A stretch of 64,000 nt of DNA, taken from positions 96,001-160,000 of the forward strand of contig JBNKOC010000004.1 of NCBI GenBank assembly GCA_050294405.1. The letters are read 5' to 3'. Numbering within the stretch: the stretch's first letter is position 1; every line of letters begins with the position of its first letter. The notes beneath the pieces were generated by a model, which did not search any database, had not been told where the DNA came from, and saw only the letters and a program-made list of their open reading frames with translations. The stretch comes from Fibrobacteria bacterium. GTDB lineage: Bacteria; Fibrobacterota; Fibrobacteria; UBA11236; JADFYW01. Positions 33,840 to 43,192 of the stretch are shown piece after piece. The translations under genes and the position numbers were made by a program.

Positions 33840-35204
33840 ATGGCTGGAGAATCCCCAAAAAACTTGGCCGATAACAGCATTTTTTTGCTTATCGGAGATC
33901 ATCTCACAGATGGAAATTTTGAAGCCATTAAAGAACTCATTTCCGATTACCACCCGGCAGATTTAGCCTTTTTACTTAATTTGCTGGAAGATGAGGACAG
34001 CCTTAAAATCCTTCAATTGTTTGATGACGAAAAAAAGGCGGAAGTTCTTCCGGAATTAAACGAATCCAAACAACAATTCATTGCTGAGACAATGGAAAAT
34101 AGGGAATTGTCCCATATTGTGGAGGAAATGGATTCAGATGATGGCGCGGATTTAATTGGCCTTTTAGACAAATCCAGCCAGGATGAAGTGCTAAGCAATG
34201 TAGAGGGTGAAGAGGCCGATGAGCTTAGGGAGCTTTTACAACACAAAGAGGACTCTGCCGGCGGACTTATGTCCAAGGAAGTGGTGTCCGTTTCCAGCGA
34301 CTCTACAGTAGAACAGGCCATAGCTGAAATTCGAAAAGCTGTGGAAGAGACCGAACAAGTGTACAATGTTTTTGTGACTTCTTCGAAAAATGGAGAACTC
34401 CTTGGCAACCTTCCATTAAATAGCCTGGTATTGGCGAAGCCCAAATCCAAGGTGGCAGATATAATGATAGAAGCCCAATCGGTAACCACCCATATGGATC
34501 AGGAAGATGTGGCGCACCTAGTTAAAAAGTACGACCTAGTGGAAGTTCCTGTGGTGGATGAAGGAAACCGGCTGGTGGGAAGAATCACCCACGATGATAT
34601 TCTGGATGTGGTTGAAGAAGAAGCCGAAGAAGATTTAGGACATTTGGCTGGTACCGGGGATGAAGAAGTATCGGATCATTCATATTTTCAAATTTCAAAG
34701 AAGCGACTTACCTGGCTCATCATTGGTCTAATGGGAGGTACCGTTTCCGCCATTATTATGAGTAGTTTTGAGGTAGCGCTAGGTGAAGTGATAACCTTGG
34801 CTTTTTTTATTCCTGTAGTAATGTCCATGGGCGGTATTGTGGGAATTCAGTCGGCTTCTATTACTGTGAGGGGTTTGGCTACCGGCGAAATATTACAGGG
34901 ACAAATGCAGAAGCGGCTTATCCGGGAACTGGGGGTGTCTCTTATTACCGGAGTGGTGTGCAGTATCCTCTTGGTCCTTGCCATTTTGGCCTGGCAACAA
35001 AACTACAAGCTTGGATTTACTGTCGGCGCATCTATGTTTGCCGTAATGATAGTTTCTACCCTCTCTGGCACCCTATTACCTATGATCTTTCAGCGCATGG
35101 ATGTGGACCCTGCCCTAGCAACCGGGCCATTTGTAACCACCTTAAATGATATGCTGGGTCTTTCCATTTATTTTGGCTTATCTATGGCCTTTTTACATTT
35201 GTAA
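33840..35204 (+). CDS. mgtE: Magnesium transporter MgtE
   Basis: HPADLA, MDSDD.AD, SAGGLM, CBS pair, GG..G.Q, and DPALATGPFVTTLND motifs. Confidence 0.95.
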   Translation: MAGESPKNLADNSIFLLIGDHLTDGNFEAIKELISDYHPADLAFLLNLLEDEDSLKILQLFDDEKKAEVLPELNESKQQFIAETMENRELSHIVEEMDSDDGADLIGLLDKSSQDEVLSNVEGEEADELRELLQHKEDSAGGLMSKEVVSVSSDSTVEQAIAEIRKAVEETEQVYNVFVTSSKNGELLGNLPLNSLVLAKPKSKVADIMIEAQSVTTHMDQEDVAHLVKKYDLVEVPVVDEGNRLVGRITHDDILDVVEEEAEEDLGHLAGTGDEEVSDHSYFQISKKRLTWLIIGLMGGTVSAIIMSSFEVALGEVITLAFFIPVVMSMGGIVGIQSASITVRGLATGEILQGQMQKRLIRELGVSLITGVVCSILLVLAILAWQQNYKLGFTVGASMFAVMIVSTLSGTLLPMIFQRMDVDPALATGPFVTTLNDMLGLSIYFGLSMAFLHL

Positions 35205-35314
35205 TGGACAAAAATAAAGACTTTTAGAATTGCCTGAATAGCGGATATTTACTTTTATTATCCTGTACCTGGTTAGGTGAAAAAAAGGAATTTTTAATTT
35301 TTTAAAACATATTT

Positions 35315-35524
35315 ATGCCCAAATATTCCATTGCATTTCATTCGCCTTCGGGGAAATTTTACCACAAGCAAGTTGAGCTTGAAACTCAAAATGCCGCCCT
35401 CAAGTTCTTTTTCGATAATTATGTGGAAGATGAATATTCCAAAGATGCCGAAGGCTTTTCCTATTTCAGCGAAGACTTTGGCGATCCCGATGAACCACTG
35501 GGCAGTATTTTAGAAATACAATAA
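35315..35524 (+). CDS. Small hypothetical acidic protein (69 aa)
   Basis: Clean ORF 15 bp upstream of ddl with protein-like composition. Confidence 0.6.
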   Translation: MPKYSIAFHSPSGKFYHKQVELETQNAALKFFFDNYVEDEYSKDAEGFSYFSEDFGDPDEPLGSILEIQ

Positions 35525-35539
35525 TTTTATATCCAGCTC

Positions 35540-36568
35540 ATGGAATCTGGCAAAATCTCGGTGGCTGTTGTAATGGGGGGGATTTCCTCCGAACACGATG
35601 TTTCTATGCATTCGGGAGCAGGTATTTTAAAACAGCTAAACCGCAAAAAATTCAATCCTTTCCCCCTGATAATAAGCAAAAGCAACCAGTGGATTTGGCC
35701 AAAAAACAGGGAGGACTATGTATCTGGCCATGAAGAGTTGGTTGCCGTCTGCCAAGACCCCGATTCAAAATGGAATTGTGTGTCTTTCCCACTTTTTGAT
35801 ACTTTCCCCAAGGCCGATGTTTTTTTTATCGGACTTCACGGCGAAGGAGGAGAAGACGGAAAGCTTCAGAGTTTTCTGGAATTAGCGGGACAAAAATATA
35901 CCGGTAGCAAGCCCATGGGTTCTGCCCTGGCTATGGACAAATGTAAATCCAAAGAAATTTTTACTGCTCACGGAATCCCAACTGCTCCTTATGAAATCAG
36001 GCTACCTTCCCAATACCCTTTTAATCTTACAGAAATTATTGAAAAATTAGGGTTACCCCTGGTGGCTAAAGTTTCCAATGGAGGCTCTTCTCTTGGCGTA
36101 GAAATTTGTCAGGATCTGGAATCCGTAGAAAATTTTTGCAAAAGCTGGGTGGACAAAGCGCCGGCCATTTTATTTGAAAAATACATCAAAGGTCCAGAGG
36201 CCACCTGTGGCTATTTGAAGAATTATAAAGCCTTGATTCCCACTGAAATAGTTCCTCAGCAGGATAATTTTTTTAATTATGAAGCCAAATACCAGGAAAA
36301 CCGCAGTTTGGAAATCACTCCCGCTCGCTTTCCCGAAGAGGTTTTGGAACAGCTGCAAATGCTGGCAGAAAAATGCCACCAGGCTTTAAGCCTGGATATT
36401 TACAGCCGCAGCGATTTTATAATGAGCGAAAATGGCCCTTTAGTTTTGGAAGTAAACAATTTGCCTGGTTTTACTCCAAACTCCCTGTTACCCAAATGCG
36501 CCCTTGGAGCGGGTCTTGAGTATCCAAATTTATTGGAACATATTATCTTTGAAAGCCTGAAATCATAG
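35540..36568 (+). CDS. ddl: D-alanine--D-alanine ligase
   Basis: GGISSEHDVS, LHGEGGEDG, GGSS.G, YEAKY and EVNNLPGFT motifs. Confidence 0.95.
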   Translation: MESGKISVAVVMGGISSEHDVSMHSGAGILKQLNRKKFNPFPLIISKSNQWIWPKNREDYVSGHEELVAVCQDPDSKWNCVSFPLFDTFPKADVFFIGLHGEGGEDGKLQSFLELAGQKYTGSKPMGSALAMDKCKSKEIFTAHGIPTAPYEIRLPSQYPFNLTEIIEKLGLPLVAKVSNGGSSLGVEICQDLESVENFCKSWVDKAPAILFEKYIKGPEATCGYLKNYKALIPTEIVPQQDNFFNYEAKYQENRSLEITPARFPEEVLEQLQMLAEKCHQALSLDIYSRSDFIMSENGPLVLEVNNLPGFTPNSLLPKCALGAGLEYPNLLEHIIFESLKS

Positions 36569-36595
36569 TTTTTTAAAAAAAAAAGATATTGGGTT

Positions 36596-37258
36596 GTGGT
36601 CATGGATACATGCTTAGTAATTGATACTTCTTCTTACATTGCTTTGGGGCTTATTGACCCTAAAGGAAATGTTTTGTCTAAAATCATACTGCCAGATCAA
36701 AAAGCAGGTGATGTTATGGATAACGCCATTGAACAGTTAAAAGAAGAGGCTAAATCCTCACTTAATATTAGCCAGATTTGTGTTTGCCTTGGCCCGGGAA
36801 GTTTTACGGGACTTCGCATTGGAATCGCCTATGGAGAAGGCCTGGCTTTTCCAGAATCACTGCCCATTCAGGGTTTTTCTTCCCTGCAGCTTATGTTAAG
36901 CCTGGCCAAGTCCGAACCTACCCTGGCCATTATTCCGGCGCGCAAAGATTATTTTTATATATCTGCAAAAAATTTTTCTGAATGGGAAGAAGGAAAAGAA
37001 AACCTTCTAACCTCCCAGGAGCTTAAAGACATTTTACCTAATGCAGCTCATGTTGTAGTGCCGCATAAAGACAGTTTGCCTTTGTACGCAAACTTTTTAA
37101 AAGAATACAAAAGCCTGGATATTATTGAAAACTACGCCTGGGAAACCGCCATCAAGTTAGCGTCTTCCAACCAGAACATGGAAAGAGGCATTATAAAACC
37201 AAATTACATCCAAAAACCTGCTGCAGAATTGGCCCGCTTGCAAAAAGCCAATGATTAG
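36596..37258 (+). CDS. tsaB: tRNA threonylcarbamoyladenosine biosynthesis protein TsaB
   Basis: IDTSS, GPGSFTGLRIG and PNY tail. Directly upstream of rimI. Confidence 0.9.
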   Translation: MVMDTCLVIDTSSYIALGLIDPKGNVLSKIILPDQKAGDVMDNAIEQLKEEAKSSLNISQICVCLGPGSFTGLRIGIAYGEGLAFPESLPIQGFSSLQLMLSLAKSEPTLAIIPARKDYFYISAKNFSEWEEGKENLLTSQELKDILPNAAHVVVPHKDSLPLYANFLKEYKSLDIIENYAWETAIKLASSNQNMERGIIKPNYIQKPAAELARLQKAND

Positions 37259-37682
37259 AGCTCTGGTTTTAGAGGACAAGTCGGAAATTTTACGGCTTGA
37301 AAATCAAAACTGGAAGGCGTGGGACTGGACAATTTTTGAAAAGGCTTTGGATTCAAACTCCGATTTGCATTGCTGGGTTATTGAAGCAAAAAAAAGTGTT
37401 CTGGGATACATACTTGGGCAAAAACTCCATGATAGCTTGGAGATATTAAATATCTGTATTTTAGAGCAAAACCGAAAACAGGGTTATGGCGCTCAATTAA
37501 TGGGGAAAATCATTGAATTCTGCAAAGAAAGGCAGTTAGATAGTATACTATTGGAGGTGAGGTCTAAAAATTTAGCGGCCATCAATCTGTATAAAAAGTT
37601 TAATTTCAGGGAGGATGGCGTCAGGAAAAAATATTACACCTTGCCCATTGATGATGCTATTTTAATGACCTTAAAGCTGTAA
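37251..37682 (+). CDS. rimI: Ribosomal-protein-alanine N-acetyltransferase
   Basis: RKQGYG, LEVRSKN..AINLY and RKKYY..DAILM motifs. Confidence 0.9.
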   Translation: MIRALVLEDKSEILRLENQNWKAWDWTIFEKALDSNSDLHCWVIEAKKSVLGYILGQKLHDSLEILNICILEQNRKQGYGAQLMGKIIEFCKERQLDSILLEVRSKNLAAINLYKKFNFREDGVRKKYYTLPIDDAILMTLKL

Positions 37683-37687
37683 TAGTA

Positions 37688-39400
37688 ATGGAAAAGCCTT
37701 CTGAAGAGAAATTAAGCGAGAGCACTTCGCCAGATCCTTTGTTCAGGACAGTGGAATTCAGCAAAAAACAGCTGGAGGCCATTTTTGACCATTTGGAGCC
37801 TATGTGCCTGGTGGGAACGGACATGCATATTATTCGCATAAACAAGTCCATGGCCAGCTTTTTAAATACGGATTTTAAAAACTGCATTGGAAAGCACTTA
37901 AAAAATGTTTTTTACGAGTGGGACCACACCCTTTTATCTAATAATGTGGACTTGGTTTTATCTTCAAGACGTTCCATTCAAATAAACGATTACTCTTTGG
38001 TAGAAAGAGGGAAAAAAGGCTGGTACGAAATCACTTTCTATCCAGTAAGCAATGAAGAAAAAAAAGTGGATGAGTGTGTGATTTATTTTAAAAACATCAC
38101 AGAGCTTTTTCTCACTAAAAAAATATTGCTCCAGCAATACAAAAAGCTCGAAGAACAGCAAATGATGGTGGAAAATAAAAACGCGCTTTTAATCGAAACC
38201 CAAAATACCCTGGATTTAAAACACCAGGCCATTATGGACGAGCTCAATGTGGCCCGTGAGGTTCAGCAGGGGCTGATGCCAAATGTATTGCCCAAAATCC
38301 CTGGCATCGAATTTTTCTCTTCTTACGAACCCATCAGCCAGGTAGGGGGCGATATATATGATATTTTAAAACTCGATTCCCAGCATATTGGAGTTTTTAT
38401 CGGGGATGTTTCCGGCCATGGTATGGCTGCGGCCTTTGTGGGAGCCATGGTAAAAATGGCCCTTATTGATCACGCCGATAAACAGCACTCTCCCAAAGGT
38501 TTGTTTGAGGTTTTAAACAAAAATTTGATTAAGCATTTAAAAAGCGGACATTATTTAACGGCCTTTTATGGAATTCTGAACACGTCGGACTATACTTTTA
38601 CCTATAGCAAAGCAAGCCACCCCCATCCCATTTTAGTTCGTGATACCGGAGAAGCGCTGGAACTGGAAACTGGCGGTATGTTTTTAGGTTTAATGGATGA
38701 ACCTCAATATGAAGAGAAAAAAATTCAATTGCGGGCAGGGGATCGGCTGTATTTGTTTACCGACGGCTATTTTGAAATTAAAAGCCGCGAAGGCAATCAC
38801 TACATGTATAACAATTTCACCCAGCTTATCTCTTCCATCAACCATTTGCCTAAAGCTGAATGCCATCAAAAATTAACGGAAAAATTAAGCCAATATACGG
38901 GCCACAAAGAACTGGAGGACGACAGAACTTTTCTCATCATGGAAATTGTAGAGCCCAGCAAGTCCGACAGACTCCCGCTTCTCTCCCATTTTAGCCAAAG
39001 CGACAATGTTATCATCCGCTCCTTCAGTTCCGAAGAAGAATTTGATAAAATTTTTAAAGAGTTTGAAATTTATGTTAAAGATTTTGTGGACTCGGAAGAA
39101 GCCAGGCAACATATTATTATAAGCAGCATTGAATTGGTCAATAACGCCCTGGAGCATGGAAACAAAAACGATCCCGAAAAGGTGGTTTATCTGGCCTATG
39201 CTTCCAATGGCAAAGAAATCAAAATCACCGTTAGAGATGAAGGCAAAGGCTTTAACCCCCAGGCTTTAGAGGACCCCAGGTCCGATGGAAAAAATCAGCT
39301 GGAGCGGGGTCGGGGCATATTTATTGTTAAATCATACATGGATGAAGTGTATTTTAACGGCTCCGGGAACACCATCACTATTGTAAAATCCCTAAGCTAA
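37688..39400 (+). CDS. PAS + PP2C (SpoIIE) phosphatase + anti-sigma-type HATPase fusion
   Basis: PAS, coiled coil, GGDIYD/GDVSGHG/FTDG/DDRT, then ELVNNALEHGN, DEGKGF and GRG motifs. Confidence 0.9.
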   Translation: MEKPSEEKLSESTSPDPLFRTVEFSKKQLEAIFDHLEPMCLVGTDMHIIRINKSMASFLNTDFKNCIGKHLKNVFYEWDHTLLSNNVDLVLSSRRSIQINDYSLVERGKKGWYEITFYPVSNEEKKVDECVIYFKNITELFLTKKILLQQYKKLEEQQMMVENKNALLIETQNTLDLKHQAIMDELNVAREVQQGLMPNVLPKIPGIEFFSSYEPISQVGGDIYDILKLDSQHIGVFIGDVSGHGMAAAFVGAMVKMALIDHADKQHSPKGLFEVLNKNLIKHLKSGHYLTAFYGILNTSDYTFTYSKASHPHPILVRDTGEALELETGGMFLGLMDEPQYEEKKIQLRAGDRLYLFTDGYFEIKSREGNHYMYNNFTQLISSINHLPKAECHQKLTEKLSQYTGHKELEDDRTFLIMEIVEPSKSDRLPLLSHFSQSDNVIIRSFSSEEEFDKIFKEFEIYVKDFVDSEEARQHIIISSIELVNNALEHGNKNDPEKVVYLAYASNGKEIKITVRDEGKGFNPQALEDPRSDGKNQLERGRGIFIVKSYMDEVYFNGSGNTITIVKSLS

Positions 39401-39411
39401 GGTTCAAAACA

Positions 39412-40275
39412 ATGCCAGTAAGAAGCGGACGGTATTCTTCGCCCCAGATAAAAACAAATAGACCTTGGCTTAAATGGCTGGTTGGAATTGCATTAGTTTT
39501 CCTTTTTGTGTTTTTTTTATTGTTCTTAAATGCTGGAAAGTTTTTGGTAAAACAAGACCCCTTTACCCATGTTAACTGGGCTCTTGTTTTGGATGGAGAA
39601 GGCAGGGAGTGCGATAGAAGCGATGCCGCCCTTTCCCTGTATCTGGAAAATAGAATCGATAGTATCATATTATCGGGAGTGCGCACTTACAAAACCCGCT
39701 ACCGCAGTGAGTTCATAAGGCCTTCCCTGATTGAAAGGGGAGTCAATCCCAGCCATATTTTTGAAATGCGTAACGATACCTATAGCACTATTGAAGAGGC
39801 GATTCTGGCAATCCAGCAATTCCGCCATTTGCAATTGGATACGGTTTTAATCATAACATCACAATTTCACACGGCACGCAGCTCTTATATTTACAACTTT
39901 TTGGCCAAGGGCAATCCGGTATGTTTAGTCTATCCTTCTGAAGATATGTATTTTAACCCCAAAGCGTGGTGGGCCAATAGGGAGAGCATGAAAACATTTG
40001 TGTTTGAAAGCACTAAATTTTTCCAAAGCAGTTTGGAGCTTTGGTGGAACTCAATGGGCAAGGGCTACGATTTAGAAGGGGCACCCTTGATACTGCAGCC
40101 CACAGAACTATTTTTCAGGGCTGGCGTGGCAGCAGCTCCCGAGCTTCAAATTGAGGAAAATGAGGAAGAAACAACAGATAGCCTAAGCATTATGGAAATG
40201 GATAGCTTATCCGAATCAGCAAATAATTCCTCTTCCGAAATAAATGCAGATAGTTCCAATCTTGAAGGCCGGTAA
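39412..40275 (+). CDS. YdcF/DUF218 (ElyC/SanA-like) protein
   Basis: N-terminal TM, IILSG, STIEEA and ITSQFHTARS motifs. Confidence 0.85.
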   Translation: MPVRSGRYSSPQIKTNRPWLKWLVGIALVFLFVFFLLFLNAGKFLVKQDPFTHVNWALVLDGEGRECDRSDAALSLYLENRIDSIILSGVRTYKTRYRSEFIRPSLIERGVNPSHIFEMRNDTYSTIEEAILAIQQFRHLQLDTVLIITSQFHTARSSYIYNFLAKGNPVCLVYPSEDMYFNPKAWWANRESMKTFVFESTKFFQSSLELWWNSMGKGYDLEGAPLILQPTELFFRAGVAAAPELQIEENEEETTDSLSIMEMDSLSESANNSSSEINADSSNLEGR

Positions 40276-40277
40276 GC

Positions 40278-40982
40278 CTAGCTTTTACTGCTACCCCATT
40301 TTAACAAAATCATAGAATAAATTATGACTCCTAAAATAACCATAGGAGCCAAGGTCATAAGCAGGTACACCAAATAAATATTTAAAAAAGAAGAAATTAA
40401 AATAACCAGCGCAATTAAATCTCTTTTTACCAACCCTAAAAACAGACCCATGTAATTGATATGTAATTGCCGTTCAGCCTCATCTGCTAACTTTTCTAAT
40501 TCCCGATTAAATACGGTAATACTCAGCGGCTTTTCATTGAGCTTCAAATAGCCGTACACAAGAAAGAAGCCCACCATGGCGCAGCCAAGGGCAAAGACAT
40601 TGTAATAAAGCAAAAATTTAAACCCCAAATGACTGCGCACTACCTCACATAAAATGATTTCAAACCAAAACAGAACAAAAAAGGAAATTTGCCCGGGCAT
40701 TAAGATGGTTAATGGACTTCTTTTTTCCGAAATAACTTCTAAATGAAACAGGGAGTAATCCAAAAACACAAACAAACATAAAAGAAGGCCCGCCAAAACT
40801 CTAAAATAAGATTCCAACCCAAACAGACCTATTACCAGAGGCAAAGGGGCTAAAACACCAGTCCCAATAACCAGGTAAGAAAATTTATTAAGGGCCACTT
40901 TTTTGTTTTTTAAATAATTAGCAAACTTTAAGGCATAGCTTTGGGTGAAGCTAAAAAAATGAGTCTGGTTTTTTTTATTCAT
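40278..40982 (-). CDS. Polytopic membrane protein, possibly a degenerate CDP-alcohol phosphotransferase-like fold
   Basis: About 6 hydrophobic helices. Weak resemblance only. Confidence 0.5.
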   Translation of the reverse strand: MNKKNQTHFFSFTQSYALKFANYLKNKKVALNKFSYLVIGTGVLAPLPLVIGLFGLESYFRVLAGLLLCLFVFLDYSLFHLEVISEKRSPLTILMPGQISFFVLFWFEIILCEVVRSHLGFKFLLYYNVFALGCAMVGFFLVYGYLKLNEKPLSITVFNRELEKLADEAERQLHINYMGLFLGLVKRDLIALVILISSFLNIYLVYLLMTLAPMVILGVIIYSMILLKWGSSKS

Positions 40983-41098
40983 TTAAAGACTAAATAAAAC
41001 TTGGGATCACCCCAGTTGCCAATTTATGAGCCAAAACCCGTCTCAAACTATTTTGAAACGGTTAATTACCCGCTTAAAATAGGCATCCTAAATTAGAA

Positions 41099-41127
41099 TT
41101 GCCACCCCTTTAACCCTTATTTACTTT
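41099..41127 (+). promoter_or_regulatory. Sigma70-type promoter of oadGAB
   Basis: TTGCCA-N17-TACTTT, 6 nt before the ATG. Confidence 0.55.
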
Positions 41128-41133
41128 TGAATT

Positions 41134-41367
41134 ATGCTGGAAGGATTAAAACTTACTTTCGCTGGCATGTCCATGGTTTTATCCTTTCTGGTGCTGCTAA
41201 TTGGAATCATGAATTTGTCCAGTTGGCTTTTTAAACCCCAGCAAACTCAAAAAATCCCCACCTACCCCAATGAAAAAGAATCTTCGGATATTTCTCCCAA
41301 TATGGTAGCTGCTATTTCCACTGCCATTGAGGCCTACGAAGCCGATAGCCGAAAAGGAAAATTATGA
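41134..41367 (+). CDS. oadG: Na+-translocating decarboxylase gamma subunit
   Basis: GMSMVLSFLVLL TM and VAAISTAI motif. Upstream of oadA. Confidence 0.88.
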   Translation: MLEGLKLTFAGMSMVLSFLVLLIGIMNLSSWLFKPQQTQKIPTYPNEKESSDISPNMVAAISTAIEAYEADSRKGKL

Positions 41368-43139
41368 AAAAAATTAAGTTTCAGGATACATCATTTCGCG
41401 ACGGCTTTCAATCTTGTTTCGGGGCTCGGGTAATTACAGAAGATTTTTTACCCGCTGTGGAAGCATCCGTTGAGGCAGGCATTACCCATTTTGAAGCGGG
41501 TGGCGGAGCGCGGTTTCAATCTTTGTTTTTTTACTGCGGAGAATCCGCTTTTTCCATGATGGACAAATTCCGAAAAACTGTGGGTCCCGATATTAACCTG
41601 CAAACCCTTGCCAGGGGAATTTCTGTGGTAGCCCTTAGTGCGCAGCCCAGAGATATTATAGACCTCCATGCAAAGATGTTCAAGAAACATGGCATGACTA
41701 CTATTCGAAATTTTGATGCGCTGAACGATGTTCGGAATTTAAAATACTCTGGAGAGTGTATCACAAATGCGGGACTTAACCATGAAATCGCCATTACCCT
41801 AATGGATTTGCCTCCGGGTTGCGAAGGCGCCCATGATGTATCCTTTTACATTAAGGTGTTAAAAGACATACTGGAAAGCGAAGTGCCTTTTAGTTCCATA
41901 GCTTTTAAAGATGCTTCGGGAACGGCCAACCCGCAAAAGGTTTATGGAACCATTAAGCAAGCCCGGGATATTTTAGGAAAAGATGCACATATCAGCTTCC
42001 ACAGCCATGATACCGCTGGGGTGGGAATTTCTCAGTATCTGGCCGCCATTAACGGAGGGGCGGATCAAATTGACCTTTGTAAAAGCCCCGTAAGCGGAGG
42101 CACTTGCCAGCCTGATATTATTTCTATGTGGCACGCCATGAAAGGCAGCGGTTACACATTGGATATTGATGTTAACAAAGTTTTAAAGGCGGTGGATGTA
42201 TTTGAAAAATGCATGGAAGATTATTTCTTCCCGCCGGAAGCTAAGCAAATTTCCTGTCGCATACCGCTTTCTCCCATGCCAGGCGGCGCCCTAACGGCAA
42301 ATACCATGATGATGAGAGATACAGGTACGCTTAATTTGTATCCCGATGTAATTAAGGCTATGTCCGAATGCGTGGCCAAAGGGGGGTTTGGAACCAGTGT
42401 AACCCCTGTTTCCCAATTTTATTTTCAACAAGCTTACGCTAATGTGACTCAGGGCCCCTGGAAAAAAATAACCCAGGGTTATGGAAACATGGTTTTGGGA
42501 TATTTTGGGAAAACACCTGTAAGACCAGACGGGGAAGTTATAAAAATTGCAGAAGATCAAATGGGAAAGCCCTTTTTTGAGGGAGACCCAGTGGATTTAA
42601 TTGAAGATGGAATTCCCAAAGCAAAAAAAATATTGGCTGATAATAACTTAGAAATTACCGATGAAAACATATTTATCGTAGCTTCCTGCGAATCCAAAGG
42701 AGTTGACTTTTTAAAGGGTAATTTCACTACAAACATTCGGAAAAAATCCAAAGAAGATACATCCCCCAAGGCTGCTGCTCCAGCTCCACAAAATTCAGAA
42801 GTCCGACATTATTCGGTTGCCGTGAACGGGCAAAATTTTGAAGTCAGCGTGGGACCTTCAGGTCAAAAAATTGTTCCTGCAAAAACAAAAAACGAAAAAG
42901 CGGAAAACAGCGCCAAGAGTTCTTCTTCAAAACAAGACGTAAAAGCCCAACTCCCTGGCAATGTATTGCGCATTGAAGTTGCCGAAGGACAAAGCGTTGA
43001 AAAGGACCAGGTTTTAATTGTGCTTGAAGCCATGAAAATGGAAACTCCTGTAAAAGCTCCCCAGGAAGGCAAAGTAACTGCCATACATGTTCAGCCTGGC
43101 CAAACTGTAAGCGCTGGAGATTTGTTATTAACCATTTAA
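41364..43139 (+). CDS. oadA: Oxaloacetate decarboxylase alpha / pyruvate carboxylase B-type carboxyltransferase with biotin domain
   Basis: RDGFQS, FKDASG, HSH, PGG, VTPVSQ and EAMKME biotinylation motif. Confidence 0.9.
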   Translation: MKKIKFQDTSFRDGFQSCFGARVITEDFLPAVEASVEAGITHFEAGGGARFQSLFFYCGESAFSMMDKFRKTVGPDINLQTLARGISVVALSAQPRDIIDLHAKMFKKHGMTTIRNFDALNDVRNLKYSGECITNAGLNHEIAITLMDLPPGCEGAHDVSFYIKVLKDILESEVPFSSIAFKDASGTANPQKVYGTIKQARDILGKDAHISFHSHDTAGVGISQYLAAINGGADQIDLCKSPVSGGTCQPDIISMWHAMKGSGYTLDIDVNKVLKAVDVFEKCMEDYFFPPEAKQISCRIPLSPMPGGALTANTMMMRDTGTLNLYPDVIKAMSECVAKGGFGTSVTPVSQFYFQQAYANVTQGPWKKITQGYGNMVLGYFGKTPVRPDGEVIKIAEDQMGKPFFEGDPVDLIEDGIPKAKKILADNNLEITDENIFIVASCESKGVDFLKGNFTTNIRKKSKEDTSPKAAAPAPQNSEVRHYSVAVNGQNFEVSVGPSGQKIVPAKTKNEKAENSAKSSSSKQDVKAQLPGNVLRIEVAEGQSVEKDQVLIVLEAMKMETPVKAPQEGKVTAIHVQPGQTVSAGDLLLTI

Positions 43140-43192
43140 TTTTCCTGATATTATTTTTTGCGAGCTTTGGATTTTCCAATAGCCAAAATATA

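Noticed and set aside
41033..41044. 12-mer AAAACCCGTCTC also present at 55412
   Set aside because: A single shared 12-mer in 64 kb of AT-rich DNA is compatible with chance, and the flanks differ.
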